DNA of 63,981 bases, counting the filler. It is 6 parts of 6 records of this genome, joined end to end, with 100 filler letters (N's around TTAATTAATTAA, not from the genome) between each part and the next. Parts side by side here need not be neighbours in the genome. Positions count along the whole stretch, not along the records: positions 39,768 to 47,679 come from SRR20825006_2349; positions 47,780 to 58,217 come from SRR20825006_2351; 4 more parts are not named here. One strand, given 5' to 3'. The translations under genes were made by a program, and so were the position numbers. Positions 39,768 through 48,969 of the stretch are shown here, one piece after another. Numbering within the stretch: the first letter of the stretch is position 1; every line of letters starts with the position of its first letter. The notes under the pieces are model-generated. The model did not search any database. It worked only from the letters and a program-made list of their open reading frames with translations, and was not told the origin of the DNA.

Positions 39768-41315
39768 GTAGAAATACATATTGGTGAAATCGACGCCCTC
39801 TTCCGAGCCATAGAAGATGTGCTCGCGGGCAAGATACCCATGCAGGTTCATCTGACCAAGGCCAATGGCGTGGCTTTCGTCATTGCCTTTTTCCACCGAT
39901 GGCACGGATGAAATGTGGCTCATGTCGGAAACCGCCGTCAGCGCCCGGATCGCGGTGTCGACGGTGCGGCCGAAATCGTCCGAATCCATCGCCATGGCAA
40001 TATTCATCGACCCGAGATTGCAGGAAATGTCCTTGCCCATATGCTTGTAGGACAGATCGTCGTCGAATTCGCTTGCCTCGGAAACCTGAAGGATTTCCGA
40101 GCACAGATTGCTCATCGAAATCCGGCCCTCGACCGGGTTGGCGCGGTTGGCCGTATCCTCGAACAGGATGTAGGGATAGCCACTTTCGAACTGCAGTTCG
40201 GCCAGCGTCTGAAAGAAGGCACGGGCATTGATTTTCTTCTTCCGGATCTCCGAATTATCGACCATCTCACGATAATGTTTGGAAATCTCGATTTCCGTCA
40301 TCGCCTTGCCGTAAACACGCTCAACATCATAGGGCGAGAACAGGTACATGTCCTCGTTGTTCTTCGCCAGTTCGAAGGTGATGTCGGGAATAACGACGCC
40401 GAGCGACAGTGTCTTGATGCGAATCTTCTCGTCCGCGTTCTCACGTTTGGTGTCGAGAAAACGCATGATGTCGGGGTGATGCGCGTTCAGATAAACCGCC
40501 CCCGCACCCTGACGAGCGCCGAGCTGGTTGGCGTAGGAGAATGAGTCCTCCAGAAGCTTCATCACCGGGATGACGCCGGACGACTGGTTCTCGATCTTCT
40601 TGATCGGCGCGCCGTGCTCACGAATATTGGTCAGCGACAGGGCCACACCGCCTCCGCGCTTTGAAAGCTGCAGCGCCGAATTGATCGAGCGGCCAATACT
40701 TTCCATGTTGTCTTCGACACGAAGCAGGAAGCAGGACACAAGTTCGCCACGGCTCTTCTTGCCGGCATTGAGGAAGGTTGGGGTGGCCGGCTGGAAGCGG
40801 CCGGCGACAATCTCGTCAACCAGCGCGATCGCCAGTTGCTCGTCGCCCTTGGCAAGCGCCAGCGCCACCATGCAGACCCGGTCCTCATAGCGCTCAAGAT
40901 AGCGTTTTCCGTCAAATGTCTTCAGCGTATAAGCGGTGTAATATTTGAATGCGCCCAGAAAGGTCTGGAAGCGGAACTTCTTGTCGAAGGCATGATCCCA
41001 AAGGTCGCGCACGAAATTGAAGGCGTACTGGTCGAGCACTTCCTGCTCGTAGTATCCCTCATCGACAAGGTAATCGAGCTTTTCGCGCAGATTGTGAAAG
41101 AACACGGTGTTCTGGTTCACATGCTGCAGGAAATACTGACGTGCAGCCAGCCGATCGGCTTCAAACTGGATATGCCCATTCTCATCATAAAGATTGAGCA
41201 TGGCGTTTAGAGCATGATAGTCCAGCGTCGTCGTCGCCCTGGTTTTGGCGGCGCCTTTTTCTTCAACCGTGTCGTCTCCGGTACGTGCGGTCATCGTCAA
41301 TTCTGCCGTTTCCAA
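39768..41315 (-). CDS. nrdE: Class Ib ribonucleotide reductase alpha subunit, 3'-truncated
   Basis: [42 protein letters not shown]; no ATP cone; follows nrdH-nrdI. Confidence 0.96.
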
Positions 41316-41698
41316 AACTCTTCCAGTCCCTGTGTGACGTTGTTAACATCCTCTTGCGTCCCGAGAAGCTCGAAACGGTAGAGATATGGTACCTTGCATT
41401 TAGCGGCGATGATATCGCCCGCGATACCGTAAGTTTCACCAAAATTCGAATTGCCGGAAGCGATGACACCGCGAATGAGCGCCCGGTTTTCCGGCTTGTT
41501 GAGGAAGTGGATGACCGGCTTTGGCACAGCGCCTTGCCCGTCGCCCCCGGCATAGGTGGGAACGACAAGCACATACGGCTCATTCACCTCTTTCGTGTCA
41601 CCCTGCGGCCCCAGCCTTCTGGCCGGAAGACCGGTTTTAGTGACGAAGCGGTGCGTATTGCCTGTGGCACTGGAATAATAGACGAGCATGCCCGTCAT
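41297..41698 (-). CDS. nrdI: Class Ib RNR flavodoxin NrdI
   Basis: [40 protein letters not shown]. Confidence 0.96.
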   Translation of the reverse strand: MTGMLVYYSSATGNTHRFVTKTGLPARRLGPQGDTKEVNEPYVLVVPTYAGGDGQGAVPKPVIHFLNKPENRALIRGVIASGNSNFGETYGIAGDIIAAKCKVPYLYRFELLGTQEDVNNVTQGLEEFWKRQN

Positions 41699-41734
41699 CC
41701 GTCTGCCTTCCTTCAGGTCGCCTTCGTTTAACGA

Positions 41735-41956
41735 TCAGGCAAGGGTTCCGATCATGTCGGGGCGGAAGCCGGACCAGTGCTGCTCACCGGCAACGACGAC
41801 AGGCACCTGACGGTAACCAAGACCGACAACATGATCATAAGCATCACTGTCGACAGAAACGTCAACGATCTCGTAATCGAGTCCCTTCCGCTCAAGCGCA
41901 CGTGTCGTTGCGTTGCACTGAACACAAGCCGGCTTGGAGTAGACAGTGATCTTCAT
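41735..41956 (-). CDS. nrdH: Glutaredoxin-like NrdH-redoxin
   Basis: CVQC active site, QVPVV, WSGFRPD; RBS GAGGA. Confidence 0.96.
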   Translation of the reverse strand: MKITVYSKPACVQCNATTRALERKGLDYEIVDVSVDSDAYDHVVGLGYRQVPVVVAGEQHWSGFRPDMIGTLA

Positions 41957-42112
41957 TTCGTCCTCGCTTCAATCTTTATATCTTAACGAACGCATCCCGA
42001 ATCAACCGTCTGCGCCGTAATTCCGCATTGTTCCGCTGCACTGATCATCCGTGCAGGCACATTCCCTTCCAACCCACAACACTCCCGCCTCTCAACGGCG
42101 CGCCATGCGTCG

Positions 42113-42134
42113 AAAAACCGGGCGCGGCCCGGTT
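42113..42134 (-). terminator. Intrinsic terminator-like hairpin inside the nrdH leader
   Basis: Minus strand AACCGGGC-cgc-GCCCGGTT-TTT. Confidence 0.55.
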
Positions 42135-42315
42135 GTGGAAGCGGAGCGAACGCCCCGCCGCCAGTGGCTGTCCAGACTCACCGGCAAAGACCGCTGTGAC
42201 AGCCAGAAGTCAGCAATGCCACCGGCCGCACCGGGCTCAGGTAACACCACCACAATTCAACTCAGAAACACGTGCCGGAAACAGGCCCTTAGCGAATCGC
42301 CCCTTCAGTCCGACA

Positions 42316-42362
42316 ACACAATATATGCTACCTTAAACATGAAAAGCGTCAATATATAGTTT
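42316..42362 (-). promoter_or_regulatory. Tandem NrdR boxes overlapping a sigma70 promoter for nrdHIE
   Basis: ACACAATATATGCTAC (42316-42331) and CGTCAATATATAGTTT (42347-42362) resemble acaCwAtATaTwGtgt, starts 31 bp apart; minus strand TTGACG-N16-TAGCAT. Confidence 0.75.
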
Positions 42363-42784
42363 ATATTTGACATCTTTTTCACTTTCACGCCCAGCATGAG
42401 CGTGACGTGTCCAACCTCGCAGATAATGTGAAACGCAAAACCATGAAAAGAACGCGGTCGACCATCCAGACTGGCCACTACATGTGATGAGTCAGCAGGC
42501 CTATAAAATGGGTTCTAATCTGCCTTCAGTTCCACCAACCAGAGGTAGAAACCGCATTTCAACCGCCTTGTTCACCCGCTATCCACAGGATGCGGCTGGC
42601 ACCAATCACACAATATCAGTGTCTTAGGACAAAAGCCGCCGGACAGCATTTTTTCTTTCCGCCTTTTCAGGAAAAATACGGCTGTTACACTGCTTTCGGT
42701 TGACACCAAGTTCCACGCCGGACGTGGCAGACGATATCCCCTGAAGACGGGCTGTTTTCAAACAAGACGACCACGGGACAGAAA

Positions 42785-43846
42785 ATGACTCTCGACCAAG
42801 CCCCCCTCATTTTTGACGGGCACAATGACTTTCTACTGCATCTTGTGCGTGGGAAAGTGACAATTGAAGACGCGGTGAATGGCACATCATGCGGGCAATT
42901 CGATCTGGCCCGCGCCGGAAAAGCCGGCTTCGGCGGCGGTTTCTTCGCTCTTTGGGTTCCTTCGACTTCACTGGGAACGACAACCGGTGATGAGGCCATG
43001 ACCAGTACCCGATACAACCTGCCACTGCCCGGCATGGTCTCATGGGAAGACGCGATCAAGGTTGTCATTGATGAAATTGCCGCGTTGCGCACGCTGGAGA
43101 ACACGGGCAAACTGAAAATCTGCACCTCATCCACAGAGCTTGAAGAGACATTCCACGCCGGAACCACAGCCGCAATCATGCACATGGAAGGCGCCGAGGC
43201 GATTGACCCCGACTTCAGCACGCTTGAAGTTCTTTATGCCGCTGGCCTGCGATCGCTGGGGCCTGTCTGGAGCCGCCCCACCATATTCGGGCACGGCGTC
43301 CCTTTCCGCTTTCCGTCCACAGGTGATACAGGTCCCGGCCTGACAGACCTTGGTAAAGAACTCGTGCGCCAATGCAACCGCCTGAAGGTCATGCTGGACG
43401 TTTCGCACCTCAACGAGAAGGGCTTCGACGATCTGGCGGCCATCACCAATGCGCCCATCGTCGCCACCCACTCCAACGCACACGCGATTTCACCACATGC
43501 CCGCAACCTGACCGGCCGGCAGCTGGACATCATCGCCGAAAGTGACGGAATGGTCGGGCTCAACTTTGCGACGGCCTTTTTACGGCCGGACGGGCGCATG
43601 GCACCGGATGTGCCTGTCGAGATCATGCTGCGGCACCTTGATCACCTCATTGAACGCGTCGGCGAAGACCGCGTCGGGTTCGGCTCAGACTTCGACGGCG
43701 CCATCGTTCCCCACGCCATAGGCGATGTTGCAGGCCTGCCTGCGCTGCGCCGTGCGATGCGCGATCATGGTTACAGCGAAAAGCTTCTTAGAAAGCTATG
43801 CCACGAAAACTGGTTTCGCGTTTTGCGCCAGACCTGGGGTAATTGA
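42785..43846 (+). CDS. Membrane dipeptidase (peptidase M19, renal dipeptidase family)
   Basis: DGHND, HMEGAE, DVSH, ATHSN, GSDFDG motifs. Confidence 0.92.
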   Translation: MTLDQAPLIFDGHNDFLLHLVRGKVTIEDAVNGTSCGQFDLARAGKAGFGGGFFALWVPSTSLGTTTGDEAMTSTRYNLPLPGMVSWEDAIKVVIDEIAALRTLENTGKLKICTSSTELEETFHAGTTAAIMHMEGAEAIDPDFSTLEVLYAAGLRSLGPVWSRPTIFGHGVPFRFPSTGDTGPGLTDLGKELVRQCNRLKVMLDVSHLNEKGFDDLAAITNAPIVATHSNAHAISPHARNLTGRQLDIIAESDGMVGLNFATAFLRPDGRMAPDVPVEIMLRHLDHLIERVGEDRVGFGSDFDGAIVPHAIGDVAGLPALRRAMRDHGYSEKLLRKLCHENWFRVLRQTWGN

Positions 43847-43942
43847 TCATGACCACAAATCGCATAAGCTGCTTCAGAATAGAAATCTAAATGCACTGAC
43901 GCTCCACTTTCAAACGGAACCAATAATAGTGAGGGATTAAGA

Positions 43943-44635
43943 GTGAATGAGTTCGAGCTCAGTGAGCTTATTAACGACTGTCCGACATTATATCATATGG
44001 CCGAGTGTGGTGCATGGGATTCGATTAAAGAGTATGGCCTATTAAGTGCAACTGCAGCACTTGATTTACATCGAATAGAGAGCCCAAAACGCGATGAAGT
44101 AGAGAAAATGCACCGCAGAAAAGAAATAGAATTACCATGCTCAAATGGAATTCCTAAAATTATTATTCGAGATCAAATCCCAATGGACGATGCAGGGTTA
44201 GAAAGATGCCTCCCAGCCCATTTATCACCGCAAGAATGGTATCAAATTCTCAACAAAAAATGCTTCTTCTGGTTCACAGAATCCAGACTTCACAAGTTAA
44301 CTGAAGCCAAGGCCTACCGGGCAAAGGAGCATGACGTCCTGGAGCTCGATACAGCCGCGCTTATCGAAGCATATCGGGATAGAATATGGCTGTGTCCGAT
44401 AAACAGCGGCTGCACGAAGCCTTACCCCCGTCAGCGCGATGAAAACACGTTTTCCAGAATGATAGATTACCCATATGCCGAGTGGTGCAGAAAGCGCAAA
44501 CGAGGCGAAAGAGCCGTTGAGCTCGCCGTTGACTATGCCGTTCCGGATATTCGCAACTATATGAAGCGGGTCATCAGAAAACGAGGGAAAGAAACACTCG
44601 ATATTCTAGAGATTGGCCCTCGTTTCAATCAATAG
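43943..44635 (+). CDS. Hypothetical protein with DarT-like ADP-ribosyltransferase motifs (recalled as DUF7002-like)
   Basis: GTG start with GAGGGA RBS; LYHM..W.SI..YGLLS, FFW, INSG, ELAV...VP pattern; more AT-rich than neighbours. Confidence 0.55.
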   Translation: MNEFELSELINDCPTLYHMAECGAWDSIKEYGLLSATAALDLHRIESPKRDEVEKMHRRKEIELPCSNGIPKIIIRDQIPMDDAGLERCLPAHLSPQEWYQILNKKCFFWFTESRLHKLTEAKAYRAKEHDVLELDTAALIEAYRDRIWLCPINSGCTKPYPRQRDENTFSRMIDYPYAEWCRKRKRGERAVELAVDYAVPDIRNYMKRVIRKRGKETLDILEIGPRFNQ

Positions 44636-44799
44636 GATCCAAGTTCTTAAGATGATGGGTTCATGCGCTTTTCCTGACTCGGTTCGCGCTGTCGATATCA
44701 CCGGATCGTAGCCACACCCCTGCCATCCGCACGAGCAGCCCAAAAGACTGATCCCTGCCGCGGATTTCGTCGAGGAAGCTTGGCAACGCGCACAATTAT

Positions 44800-45240
44800 C
44801 TATGAAACAGCCACCTTCGAAAGTGCTGACAGCGCCTCCACGCAGGCGGCGGCGGCTTCACGGCCCTTGTTGTGCTCATCATCGGCAGAACGCATGAAAG
44901 CCTGCTCGGCGGTGTAGGTTGTCAGAATGCCGAAGGAGACGGGAATACCGGTTTCCAGGGAAACCTGCATCAACCCGTGGGCCGTGGCCTCCGAGATATA
45001 TTCAAAATGCGCCGTATCACCCTTGATCACCGCGCCGATACACACAATGCCGGAAAATTTTCCTGTTTTGGCCAGAGCTTTGGCGACCAACGGCGTTTCA
45101 AACGCACCCGGCACATCAAAAATATCAGCGTCGGCGACCGGGACACCACGTTCGGCCAGTTCAGCCTTTGCACCGTTCAAAAGGCCGGTCGTGACCTTTT
45201 CATTGAAGCGGGAGATGACGACAGCAATACGATAAGACAC
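44800..45240 (-). CDS. ribH: 6,7-dimethyl-8-ribityllumazine synthase
   Basis: IAVVISRFN, VPGAFETP, GAVIKGDTAHFEY, NKGREAA; start reset to GTG 45240 with AAGGA RBS. Confidence 0.95.
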   Translation of the reverse strand: MSYRIAVVISRFNEKVTTGLLNGAKAELAERGVPVADADIFDVPGAFETPLVAKALAKTGKFSGIVCIGAVIKGDTAHFEYISEATAHGLMQVSLETGIPVSFGILTTYTAEQAFMRSADDEHNKGREAAAACVEALSALSKVAVS

Positions 45241-45260
45241 GTTTGTTCCTTTCAGGGCAT

Positions 45261-46481
45261 TCAAAGCGAAAGCAGGTGGCCGAACTTCTCGCGTTTGGTG
45301 GCGAGATAACGTTCGTTGTACGGGTTGGAAGCGATCATCAGCGGCACGCGCTCTTCCACGCAAAGCCCGCACCGGATCAGGGCTTCCGGCTTGTCGGGAT
45401 TGTTGGAGAGAAGCCGCAACCGGCTGACACCAAGACATTTCAGAATATGCGCGGCGGCATAATACGAACGGGCATCGGCAGGCAGACCAAGCGCCAGATT
45501 GGCAGCATGGGTATCAAGGCCCTTCTCCTGAAACCCATAGGCACGGATCTTGTTTGCAAGCCCTATACCGCGACCTTCATGACCTTTCATATAGATGAGA
45601 ACGCCACCCTTTTCGGCAATCAGCGCCATGCTATCGTGCAATTGCTGGCCGCAATCGCATTTCAGCGAGCCGAACACATCACCAGTCAAGCACTCCGAAT
45701 GCACGCGCACCAGTGGCGTTGCGGAAAGCGGTCCTTTGACAAGGGCGAGATGCTCAACGCCATCAATCGCACTTTTAAACACCCGCGCATCAAAAGCGCC
45801 TTCGCCAAAGCCGGTCGGCAGGCTCGCACTGGCCGCTTCTTCTACCAGAATTTCCGTCTGCATCCGATATTCGGCAAGCTCGGCAATGGTGAGGTAAGGA
45901 AGGTCATGCTTCATGGCGAAAGCCTCAAGATCAGGCCTTCGGGCCATCTCACCGTCATCACGCATGATCTCGCAGATCACCGCTGCCGGATTGAGCCCCG
46001 CAAGCCGCACCAGATCCACCGAGCCCTCGGTATGGCCATTGCGCGCCAGAACGCCGCCATCAGCCGCGCGCAAAGGAAACATATGCCCGGGAGAGACAAT
46101 ATCTGTTGGCTGTGCGGATGGATTGGCCGCAGCCGAAATCGTCCGCGCCCGGTCAGCGGCAGAAATACCGGTAGAAATGCCTTCCCGCGCTTCGACGGAA
46201 ACGGTAAACGCCGTTGAATGACGCGCCTGATTATCGCTGACCATCGGCGCCAGACCAAGCCGGTCGATCTGCTGGCCGGTGAGGCAAAGGCAGATCAGCC
46301 CGCGCCCGAACATCGCCATGAAGTTGACAGCTTCAGGGGTCGCGAATTCGGCGGCAACCACAAGATCGCCCTCATTTTCACGGCCCTCATCATCGACAAG
46401 CACCACCATGCGCCCGGCTTTTATGGCAGAAATCGCCTGCTTCACACGCGATTCCGGAAGATCGTTATGCATTACAGTCAT
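45261..46481 (-). CDS. ribBA: Bifunctional DHBP synthase / GTP cyclohydrolase II
   Basis: [51 protein letters not shown]. Confidence 0.95.
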   Translation of the reverse strand: MTVMHNDLPESRVKQAISAIKAGRMVVLVDDEGRENEGDLVVAAEFATPEAVNFMAMFGRGLICLCLTGQQIDRLGLAPMVSDNQARHSTAFTVSVEAREGISTGISAADRARTISAAANPSAQPTDIVSPGHMFPLRAADGGVLARNGHTEGSVDLVRLAGLNPAAVICEIMRDDGEMARRPDLEAFAMKHDLPYLTIAELAEYRMQTEILVEEAASASLPTGFGEGAFDARVFKSAIDGVEHLALVKGPLSATPLVRVHSECLTGDVFGSLKCDCGQQLHDSMALIAEKGGVLIYMKGHEGRGIGLANKIRAYGFQEKGLDTHAANLALGLPADARSYYAAAHILKCLGVSRLRLLSNNPDKPEALIRCGLCVEERVPLMIASNPYNERYLATKREKFGHLLSL

Positions 46482-47533
46482 TTGTCATCTCCAAGCGGCC
46501 ATGCCGTTTCTGTAAGCTTTTCAAAGGCGGGATCGCGATACCGCACTGTCACGGCGTCACAATCATTAGCGGCTTCGGCTTTGGCAATCAGCACATGTTC
46601 ATCCCAAAGACCGGATGTGAGCACATGGGCCGTCAGTTCCGGCCCCGCCTCCACCAGCACTTCCAGTGCACCAGCACGACCGAAATGGCGAAGCGCATCA
46701 GGGACTGAAAGAGGCGAAACGGGATTGAAACCATGTGAGCGGCTAAACATATAATAGTGCTCGTCAACCCGTCCACGTCGGTCGAGAACAGCCAGAAATC
46801 GCTGTTTTCCGGGAAAATCCTCGACATGCCGAACGGTAAAGGACGGAGCGTCGGCCAACACAGTGCCGGAACCGGTCAGGATCGCATCGGACCTGCGACG
46901 CAGGCGATGGGCCAGCTTCAACGAAGCAGAAGAGGTAAATGTCTTATGCCCGGCTGGCGGGATCATGCTGCCATGTTCATCCAGAGCCTGCTTGACGGTG
47001 ACCCATGGCAGACCGGCCCCGGTCCGTTTTGCAAAGGGTGCGATCAGCCGCTTGCAGGCGCGCGCGGCATTGTGCGCATCTGCACCCGGTAAATCCTCCA
47101 GAAAAGCCACATCAAGACCGGCTTCGGCCAGCCTTGCAGCGCCACCGCCCGTAACATGCAGGTTGGGATCGGTGCTGCCAATGACGATAAACGACGCTGG
47201 CGTCGACAGGATCGCATCGGTACAGGGCGGCGTACGTCCGTAATGATTGCAGGGTTCAAGCGTCACGACGACGGTATGAATGCGTTTCATCAGGCCATGT
47301 TCACCAGCCATGGCAATGGCGGCAGCTTCTGCATGCGCAGACCCTGCTTTTTCATGCGCTGCAACAGCCAGAATATTGCCATGGCAGTCCAGCAATGCAC
47401 AACCAACCGGCGGATTGGGGCTGGTCGCCCCGACAAAGGCGGCCGCTTTCATCAGCGCCTGATCGAAAGCAGCCAGAATCGCATCGTCGGACAGTCTTTT
47501 GCCGGATATCGGAAGGGTCTTTATCATGCCCAT
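46478..47533 (-). CDS. ribD: Riboflavin biosynthesis deaminase/reductase RibD
   Basis: [23 protein letters not shown] deaminase; compact reductase domain ([21 protein letters not shown]). Confidence 0.9.
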   Translation of the reverse strand: MGMIKTLPISGKRLSDDAILAAFDQALMKAAAFVGATSPNPPVGCALLDCHGNILAVAAHEKAGSAHAEAAAIAMAGEHGLMKRIHTVVVTLEPCNHYGRTPPCTDAILSTPASFIVIGSTDPNLHVTGGGAARLAEAGLDVAFLEDLPGADAHNAARACKRLIAPFAKRTGAGLPWVTVKQALDEHGSMIPPAGHKTFTSSASLKLAHRLRRRSDAILTGSGTVLADAPSFTVRHVEDFPGKQRFLAVLDRRGRVDEHYYMFSRSHGFNPVSPLSVPDALRHFGRAGALEVLVEAGPELTAHVLTSGLWDEHVLIAKAEAANDCDAVTVRYRDPAFEKLTETAWPLGDDK

Positions 47534-47643
47534 TTGCGCCTCATCCAAAGATCAAAAGACGTCAAACAGGGCAAAATGCAGGTCGAAGCGCATACCACGC
47601 TCGCAAAAGGAGCGCAGGACACACTGATCCCGTCATTTTTGTT

Positions 47644-47679
47644 CTCTTCCATCCGGACTTTAACCGTCGGCTCCGGAAT
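47644..47679 (-). ncRNA. FMN riboswitch (RFN element), 3' part; 5' part cut by contig end
   Basis: Minus strand ATTCCGGAGCCGACGGTTAAAGTCCGGATGGAAGAG matches the RFN 3' consensus; lies directly upstream of ribD. Confidence 0.92.
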
Positions 47680-47779
47680 NNNNNNNNNNNNNNNNNNNNN
47701 NNNNNNNNNNNNNNNNNNNNNNNTTAATTAATTAANNNNNNNNNNNNNNNNNNNNNNNNNNNNNNNNNNNNNNNNNNNN
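47680..47779. other. Artificial contig linker
   Basis: N run with TTAATTAATTAA. Confidence 0.97.
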
Positions 47780-47803
47780 AACCATCGCCAGGTGGAACCT
47801 GGC

Positions 47804-48802
47804 CTACGAATTGACTGGCAAGCCTTGCATGGTTTTTCGGCGGCAGCAGTGTTTGAACTTATCGCCGCTGCCGCAGGGGCATGGATCATTGCGTTGAACT
47901 TTCCCGCGACGTTTGCGACGACCACGAAACAAACGCTTTGGATCTTGGTGATACATCTTTCGAAGCATCGCGTAGAGCTTTGGATTCTTCGCTTGCAACT
48001 GAGCCGGCTTCTCAAAGAAGTATTCCGACAGCACGGCGAAGTACTCCGCCTCATTCGTGTACGCGTAATCGTCGATTCCCGACTGCGTTCCTTCCGATTG
48101 CAATTCTTGCCCCACCCACTTCACCCAAGGCTCGGTCACATCCGCGGACGCCGACACAGGGATTCCATCCACCTCACCGTCCGCTTTATCGACCAAGTGA
48201 GCGAACTCATGAATACCAACATTGCGTTTGTCACCGGCGTTGGAAAAGCCAGCTAGCAACGATGGCTTGGACAAAATCATCACGCCGCTCAGATGATTCA
48301 CACCAACCATCCCCAACGTGTTCTTATCGCCTTCACCTTCGGTTTGATAATCCGCACCAAACGAACCGGGGTAGATCAGCACTTCACCCAACCCGGAATA
48401 CTCAAAGTCTTCCAGCCCCATGATTGGGATGACAGCGCTCGCACCGACCAGAGCTCGCGTCGTTTCGTCGACCTCGGATCGAATCCCGGTCACGGCCACC
48501 TCGTCCAAGAAGATTTTCATGCGGTTGCGGAATCCCTCGCGTTGTTCCTCGTCGAGCATGCGGTAGTACACCACGTGCGTTTGCAAAGCGGCTTCCCAAA
48601 CATCCGGAAAGGGCGACGCCATGACCTTCAATCGACGAACCGTTCGCCGCCGCATCCACCAATGAACGGCCCAGACCAGCGGCAACGCCAGAAGAGCCCC
48701 AGGTCGAATCGTCGCCACACCGGCGACCAGCAGGGCCAATGCGACGGAAATGCCAATGGCCCAGTGGCGGTTGGCTTGATCAGATTCAGGTGTGACGAGC
48801 AT
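47804..48802 (-). CDS. MtfA-like zinc peptidase (M90) with N-terminal TM hairpin and C-terminal SEC-C motif
   Basis: VLIYPGSF, NVGIHEFAHLVD, YAYTNEAEYFAVLSEYFFEKP; RNDPCPCGSGDKFKHCC; start reset to ATG 48802. Confidence 0.85.
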   Translation of the reverse strand: MLVTPESDQANRHWAIGISVALALLVAGVATIRPGALLALPLVWAVHWWMRRRTVRRLKVMASPFPDVWEAALQTHVVYYRMLDEEQREGFRNRMKIFLDEVAVTGIRSEVDETTRALVGASAVIPIMGLEDFEYSGLGEVLIYPGSFGADYQTEGEGDKNTLGMVGVNHLSGVMILSKPSLLAGFSNAGDKRNVGIHEFAHLVDKADGEVDGIPVSASADVTEPWVKWVGQELQSEGTQSGIDDYAYTNEAEYFAVLSEYFFEKPAQLQAKNPKLYAMLRKMYHQDPKRLFRGRRKRRGKVQRNDPCPCGSGDKFKHCCRRKTMQGLPVNS

Positions 48803-48969
48803 GGGCGTAGCATAGAGCGCAGAGAGCCCACTGGGGACGGATGCCCCGGGTACGAAGCTCCAACGGTTTCCCGCGTGTAGGCGAAATCCGGCTTGGTAGT
48901 TATTCTCGTGGCTCCGTCGGCCCAATGTGACGCCGACACCCCCACCTCCCCGCAGATTTCGGTTTCCCA

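Noticed and set aside
41957-42320. Cobalamin riboswitch upstream of nrdH (minus strand has GCCACTG and a later GGAAGG)
   Set aside because: The conserved GGGAA-GGTGnAAnTCC, GCAACTGT and AGnCAGnAGACC elements are not visible; kept only as an unknown structured leader pending a cmscan
42028-42359. Two 102-aa plus-strand ORFs in the nrdH leader
   Set aside because: No recognisable motifs or RBS; low-complexity GC-rich translations antisense to the leader
42580-42588. DnaA-box-like CTATCCACA in the nrdH-dipeptidase intergenic region
   Set aside because: Single mismatched copy; not enough to call an origin or DnaA regulation
45241-45438. N-terminal extension of ribH in the ORF track
   Set aside because: Overlaps ribBA; GTG 45240 with a good RBS gives a normal-length RibH
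45243-46217. 324-aa plus-strand ORF
   Set aside because: Antisense shadow of ribBA, common in GC-rich DNA
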